This document shows, piece by piece, positions 59,905 to 64,000 of a DNA stretch of 64,000 bases; positions within the stretch are counted from its first letter, which is position 1; each line of letters opens with the position of its first letter. Source of the DNA: an uncultured Halieaceae bacterium (GTDB lineage Bacteria; Pseudomonadota; Gammaproteobacteria; Pseudomonadales; Halieaceae). The stretch is from assembly GCA_913051825.1 (NCBI GenBank), contig CAJXCR010000002.1, forward strand, positions 2,144 through 66,143, in the 5' to 3' direction. The notes under the pieces are model-generated. The model was not told the origin of the DNA. It was given only the letters and a program-made list of their open reading frames with translations, and ran no database searches. A program made the translations under genes and the position numbers.

Positions 59905-60151
59905 AAGTGTTTTTATTTCCTTAATATATTGGAAGGTTATGTAAGTATTCTAGTAATTGATTCTAAGTGAGATGCTTCAGGTAGTCATTATGTTCTATTG
60001 GATATATTTTGATGAAATAGGCAAATTGTTTTGTAATATGGCATTAATAATGCTGACATAAGATATGTGAGATACTTGAAGATACTGGTGAACAATTTTC
60101 CATATACAATCTCTAAGTGCTCCCTATGTATAAAAAGAATTCGGAGTTAAT

Positions 60152-62299
60152 TTGACGACCTCATTAAAACAACGTTTCACTGATCTAGATGATAAGTTGC
60201 TCATTCCCAGAGAGCTGAGCTGGTTGTCCTTCAATCAACGTGTTTTGCAAGAAGCATCTGACCCAAGTGTTCCAGTAATAGAACGACTTCGATATTTGGG
60301 TATTTTCTCCAGTAATCAAGACGAATTTTTTCGTGTTCGAGTCGCAGAAGTTCATCGATTAATAACTGTATCTTCCGGAGCAACTAAACAAAGAGCGAAA
60401 TTGCTGCTGGAGGAGATACAAAGTAGAGTGCAATTGCTTCAGAAAGAGTTTGAGAAACTTTATCGAATTGCTCTAAAAGACCTCAGAGAAAATAAGATTT
60501 ATTTAGTTAACGAGGAGCAGCTCGATTCTAATCAGTCCGATTTTGTCCGAAAGTATTTTTTCAAGTCTGTGTTGCCTGAATTGGATCCGATTCTTCTTAG
60601 AGAAAATCTTTCACCGCCGCAATTGGCTGATGAGCTTTTGTATCTTGCGATAGATATACTTAGTAGAGGAAAACGAAACTACGCCATAGTTGGCTTGCCC
60701 ACAGACCGTTTACCCCGATTTGTCGAGGTTCCAAACCGAAAAAGAAAGGTTGGTACTGTCTATATGGCGTTAGACAACATTATTCGAAAATGTTTAGCGG
60801 ATGTATTTCGTGGTGCGATACAGGTAGACGAATGTAAGGCATATAGTTTTAAATTTTCTAGGGATGCGGAAATTGAACTAGATACTGGTATCACGGAGAG
60901 CTTGGTGGCCAAGATGCAAAGTAGCATCAAGCAGCGAAAACGAGCTCAAAGTGTAAGATTTGTCTATGACGATGAGATGCCGCCTTATCTGTTAGAGATT
61001 CTTTTCCAGCGATTTGGCTTTGGAAAATACGACACACAAATCCCGGGAGGACGTTATCATAATTCTAAAGATTTTATGACGTTCCCCAACCCGGGACCTA
61101 AACTGCTCGAATTCAGTAAGATGCGATCTATTCAAATTTCCGAGTTGGAGAGTGGAGATCGCTTTTTTTCAACGATTCGAGAACGTGATTTGTTTCTGTA
61201 CTACCCATATCATCCCTTCGATTATGTAATTGATATTTTGAAGCGAGCAGCATTAGATCCTGATGTATTAACTATAAGAATCTGTCTATATAGGGTTGCT
61301 TCAAATTCTCGAGTGGCGAATGCTCTTGTAAATGCAGTGCAAAATGGTAAGCGGGTAGTGGCAGTAGTGGAGTTGGCTGCGCGGTTTGACGAGGAGGCAA
61401 ATATAGAGTGGTCTCAATGGCTTACCCAAGAGGGTATAGAGGTTATTTTTGGAGTGCCAGGGCTAAAGGTTCATAGCAAGCTTTTTTTGATAGAGAGAAA
61501 AGAGAGTGCCAGCAAACGCTACTATAGTTATATTGGTACGGGGAATTTCAATGAGAATACATCGAAATTGTATACCGATTTCGCACTTATTACAGCGGAT
61601 CAGCAGATTGGAAGTGATGTGCGAAATGTCTTTGATTTTCTAAAATACACTTACAAGAGGCCTAATTATCGAAGCTTAATTGTATCTCCTCATAGCAGTC
61701 GCTCAGAATTGGAATACCTAATCGAAACAGAGATTACAAATGCAGAGGAAGGTTACCGTGCCGCCTTAATGTTTAAATGTAACAATCTTATAGATCCCAG
61801 CATGGTATCGTTACTCTACAAAGCTAGCCAGGCCGGAGTTGAAATTAGACTCATCGTTCGCGGCATGTGCTCAATAGTGCCAGGAATCCCAGGGGTTTCA
61901 GATAATATTCAGGCAATCAGCATTGTAGATCGATATTTGGAGCATGCTAGAGCTTATGTTTTTCATAATAAGGGAAATCCCTCCTACTATATAGGTTCTG
62001 CTGATTTAATGACGCGCAATATTGATTATCGCGTGGAAGTTCTATGTCCTGTTTTAGACATCAGTATTCAGACAGTAATACAAGATATTCTTGATCAACA
62101 GTGGCATGATAATGTCAAGGCTCGAAAGCTAGATGCATCGCAAAAAAATAGAAAGATATCAAGTAAAAGCAAAAGTTCCTCGATTCGATCTCAAGAAACA
62201 ATCCATAGATATTTAGCTACGGGTCGTTTACCACGTTATCCTAAATCTGATATGAGATCGCCTATTAAGCGCAGACGAAAAAAACAGAACAAGCAGTAA
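60152..62299 (+). CDS. ppk1: polyphosphate kinase 1
   Basis: 715 aa. ELSWLSFNQRVLQEA, RFLGIFSSNQDEFF-type N-terminus, HSKLFLIER and YIGTGNFNE, then a second HxK-type motif region. TTG start with GGAG 6 nt upstream. Confidence 0.93.
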   Translation: MTTSLKQRFTDLDDKLLIPRELSWLSFNQRVLQEASDPSVPVIERLRYLGIFSSNQDEFFRVRVAEVHRLITVSSGATKQRAKLLLEEIQSRVQLLQKEFEKLYRIALKDLRENKIYLVNEEQLDSNQSDFVRKYFFKSVLPELDPILLRENLSPPQLADELLYLAIDILSRGKRNYAIVGLPTDRLPRFVEVPNRKRKVGTVYMALDNIIRKCLADVFRGAIQVDECKAYSFKFSRDAEIELDTGITESLVAKMQSSIKQRKRAQSVRFVYDDEMPPYLLEILFQRFGFGKYDTQIPGGRYHNSKDFMTFPNPGPKLLEFSKMRSIQISELESGDRFFSTIRERDLFLYYPYHPFDYVIDILKRAALDPDVLTIRICLYRVASNSRVANALVNAVQNGKRVVAVVELAARFDEEANIEWSQWLTQEGIEVIFGVPGLKVHSKLFLIERKESASKRYYSYIGTGNFNENTSKLYTDFALITADQQIGSDVRNVFDFLKYTYKRPNYRSLIVSPHSSRSELEYLIETEITNAEEGYRAALMFKCNNLIDPSMVSLLYKASQAGVEIRLIVRGMCSIVPGIPGVSDNIQAISIVDRYLEHARAYVFHNKGNPSYYIGSADLMTRNIDYRVEVLCPVLDISIQTVIQDILDQQWHDNVKARKLDASQKNRKISSKSKSSSIRSQETIHRYLATGRLPRYPKSDMRSPIKRRRKKQNKQ

Positions 62300-62409
62300 C
62301 GATGACTAGTCTTTGAAGCCTATAACTAGTGATCGCTGATGTTTCATGTGAATCATAGAGTGACAATTATTCCTTATCGAATTAAACTTTGACCAACCAA
62401 TTTGGTTAA

Positions 62410-63816
62410 GTGTTTATCATGAGATGCCCGACGCTTTTTCTTAGCTTCATGCTCGTTACGACAAACATCCAAGCTGATACGGTTTCTACTGTACATTTTC
62501 AAAGAACTCTTGATATATATCGTGCGATAATTTCTGTAGATACCTCTAAAACGAAGAATAATACGATACGGATAGCAAATTACTTAGCGAGCGAGCTTGA
62601 AGCAGGTGGTTTTTCTTCTGATTTAATCAATGTTATTTCATTAAATGGATTTGGTTCCCTGGTGGTGCGATATCCTGCGGAGAAAGCTATTCACAGGCCA
62701 ATGTTGTTGTTGGGTCATCTTGATGTGGTTGAAGCTTTTGACGAAGATTGGGTTCGCCCACCATTTAGATTGACTGAGGATGAGACCAATTACTATGCCA
62801 GAGGCGCGATAGATAATAAGTTTGGTGTAGCCCAGTTGGTCTCCACTTTTATTCGCTTAAAGAAGGAAGAATTTGTTCCAAATCGAGATGTGTTCCTTGT
62901 CTTTTCCGGTGACGAAGAAACTTATATGCGAACGACCAGAATGCTTGTAAATGAATTACCTGAGTTAAGAAATGCAGAATTTGCCTTGAATTCTGACTCG
63001 GGAGGTGGAGAGCTGGACGGGTCTGGCAAGGCCTTGCTATATGCGCTTCAAGCGGCAGAGAAGACTTATGCCACCTGGGAGATAACCGCTCGAAATCCTG
63101 GTGGGCATAGCTCTCGTCCGCGTCTTGATAATGCTATATACGAACTTTCTGATGCAATAAAGGCAATTCAAAATTTTCGTTTCCCTGTTATGTGGACAGA
63201 AATGACGTTGTCATACTTTGAAAATATGGGGCGTCGTTTAGATGGTCCGGTAGGTAATGCTATGCGTACCTTTGCAGTTGACCCTAACAATGAAGAGGCT
63301 TCGAAGAGACTATTTCGAGAACCTTCTTATGTCGGCACTACTAGGACAACCTGCGTAGTGACGATGCTTCGAGCAGGTCACGCAGAGAATGCTTTACCAC
63401 AATCGGCAACCGCTACAATAAATTGTCGAATCTTTCCCGGAATTTTAGCTTCATTGATTGAAAAGAAACTTGTGTCAGTAGTTGCAAATCCAAACATTGA
63501 ATTTCGATTATTAGATGAAGTTGTAGAAAGTCCAATATCTGAACTTAGACCTGATGTAGTGCGTGCCGTAACAAGAGCTGTTCATGATCGCTATCCAGGC
63601 CTTCAGATAATTCCAACCATGGAATCAGGAGCAACGGATGGAGCACATTTCAGAAGAGCGGGGATACCCACCTTTGGAGTCGGAGGGATTTTTATGAATC
63701 CTGATGAGAGCTTTGCGCATGGCCTTAACGAGCGTGTTCCAATTAAGGCTTTTAAGGATGCCCTGGATCATTGGAGTATCATAATTGGAGATTTGGCTTC
63801 CGACATCGAGCGATGA
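62410..63816 (+). CDS. M20/M25/M40 family metallopeptidase, secreted
   Basis: 468 aa. Signal peptide. LLLGHLDVVEA, GAIDNKFG and FSGDEE metal-ligand motifs. Start is GTG 62410 or ATG 62419. Confidence 0.85.
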   Translation: MFIMRCPTLFLSFMLVTTNIQADTVSTVHFQRTLDIYRAIISVDTSKTKNNTIRIANYLASELEAGGFSSDLINVISLNGFGSLVVRYPAEKAIHRPMLLLGHLDVVEAFDEDWVRPPFRLTEDETNYYARGAIDNKFGVAQLVSTFIRLKKEEFVPNRDVFLVFSGDEETYMRTTRMLVNELPELRNAEFALNSDSGGGELDGSGKALLYALQAAEKTYATWEITARNPGGHSSRPRLDNAIYELSDAIKAIQNFRFPVMWTEMTLSYFENMGRRLDGPVGNAMRTFAVDPNNEEASKRLFREPSYVGTTRTTCVVTMLRAGHAENALPQSATATINCRIFPGILASLIEKKLVSVVANPNIEFRLLDEVVESPISELRPDVVRAVTRAVHDRYPGLQIIPTMESGATDGAHFRRAGIPTFGVGGIFMNPDESFAHGLNERVPIKAFKDALDHWSIIIGDLASDIER

Positions 63817-63832
63817 TTGAGATACTTTACTA

Positions 63833-64000
63833 TTAGTCTTGGTTCGCGAAAGCTAGCCACTTATCTAAAGTCTTGGTGTTTCCCAAAACGAGCTGGTTGG
63901 AAAGAGGATTTTCAGCCTCAGGATTTATAGTTATACGCAATAAGTTGAGTGCATATGGAATAAGCTGTGCTCTTATCGTGATATTCATTTTTCCCTTTAG
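63833..64000 (-). CDS. 3' end (55 codons + stop) of an unidentified CDS entering from beyond the window
   Basis: My minus-strand translation from 64000 is open for 55 codons (...LKGKMNITIRAQLIPYALNLLRITINPEAENPLSNQLVLGNTKTLDKWLAFANQD) and ends at the TAA complementary to 63833-63835. No family recognised, and it may be non-coding. Confidence 0.3.
   Translation of the reverse strand, partial: LKGKMNITIRAQLIPYALNLLRITINPEAENPLSNQLVLGNTKTLDKWLAFANQD

Noticed and set aside
60053-60075. Pho box interpretation of CTGACATAAGATATGTGAGATAC upstream of ppk1
   Set aside because: The first heptamer is one mismatch from CTGTCAT, but the second 11-bp repeat matches at only about 4 of 7 positions. The repeats are retained only as a generic phased-repeat observation.
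1-64000. Search for CRISPR arrays, tRNA/rRNA/tmRNA/4.5S/RNase P genes, IS elements, integrases, phage or defence-system genes, toxin-antitoxin pairs
   Set aside because: No spacer-repeat periodicity, no non-coding gap longer than about 260 nt, no transposase/integrase/recombinase-like ORFs and no unassigned multi-gene block. Every ORF over 130 aa outside shadow frames was assignable to a known family.

Overview
AT-rich, very gene-dense chromosomal segment with about 58 protein-coding genes. I found no rRNA, tRNA, CRISPR, IS/transposon, integrase or prophage signatures. The backbone shows gammaproteobacterial core synteny. One block is valS-holC-pepA divergent from lptF-lptG. Another is ygfZ / sdhE / nadB divergent from rpoE-antisigma-htrA-lepA-lepB-rnc-era-recO, the same order as Pseudomonas nadB / algU-mucABCD-lepAB-rnc-era-recO. 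These are followed by mazG, adk, mobA, tsaB, uppP, apeB, trpS, a TonB-dependent receptor and purC. Three more accessory-looking blocks are embedded in this core. (1) 7.6-16.0 kb holds SDR / C-C hydrolase-like / SDR genes next to a complete coenzyme F420 operon (fno-cofE-cofD-cofC-fbiC) with ung appended. (2) 38.5-45 kb holds an Opp/Dpp-type peptide ABC importer followed by an EAL-HDOD protein. (3) 45-59 kb holds a regulator-less amine/organic-acid catabolic cluster: aldo-keto reductase, M20D amidohydrolase, KstD-like flavoprotein, two class-III aminotransferases, CoA-transferase, acyl-CoA dehydrogenase, aldehyde dehydrogenase, glpK and gabD. Last come frmB, ppk1 and an M20 peptidase. I do not see a clear-cut novel multi-gene system such as a defence island. 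The two observations I rate highest are the F420 operon in this lineage context, which has no recognisable F420 client enzyme and no dehydro-F420 reductase, and a single 308-aa ORF in the mucA-mucB slot. That ORF reads as an RseA/MucA anti-sigma N-terminus plus TM helix fused to an RseB/MucB C-terminal domain. All functional calls rest on my own motif and synteny recognition from the supplied translations; no database search was run.
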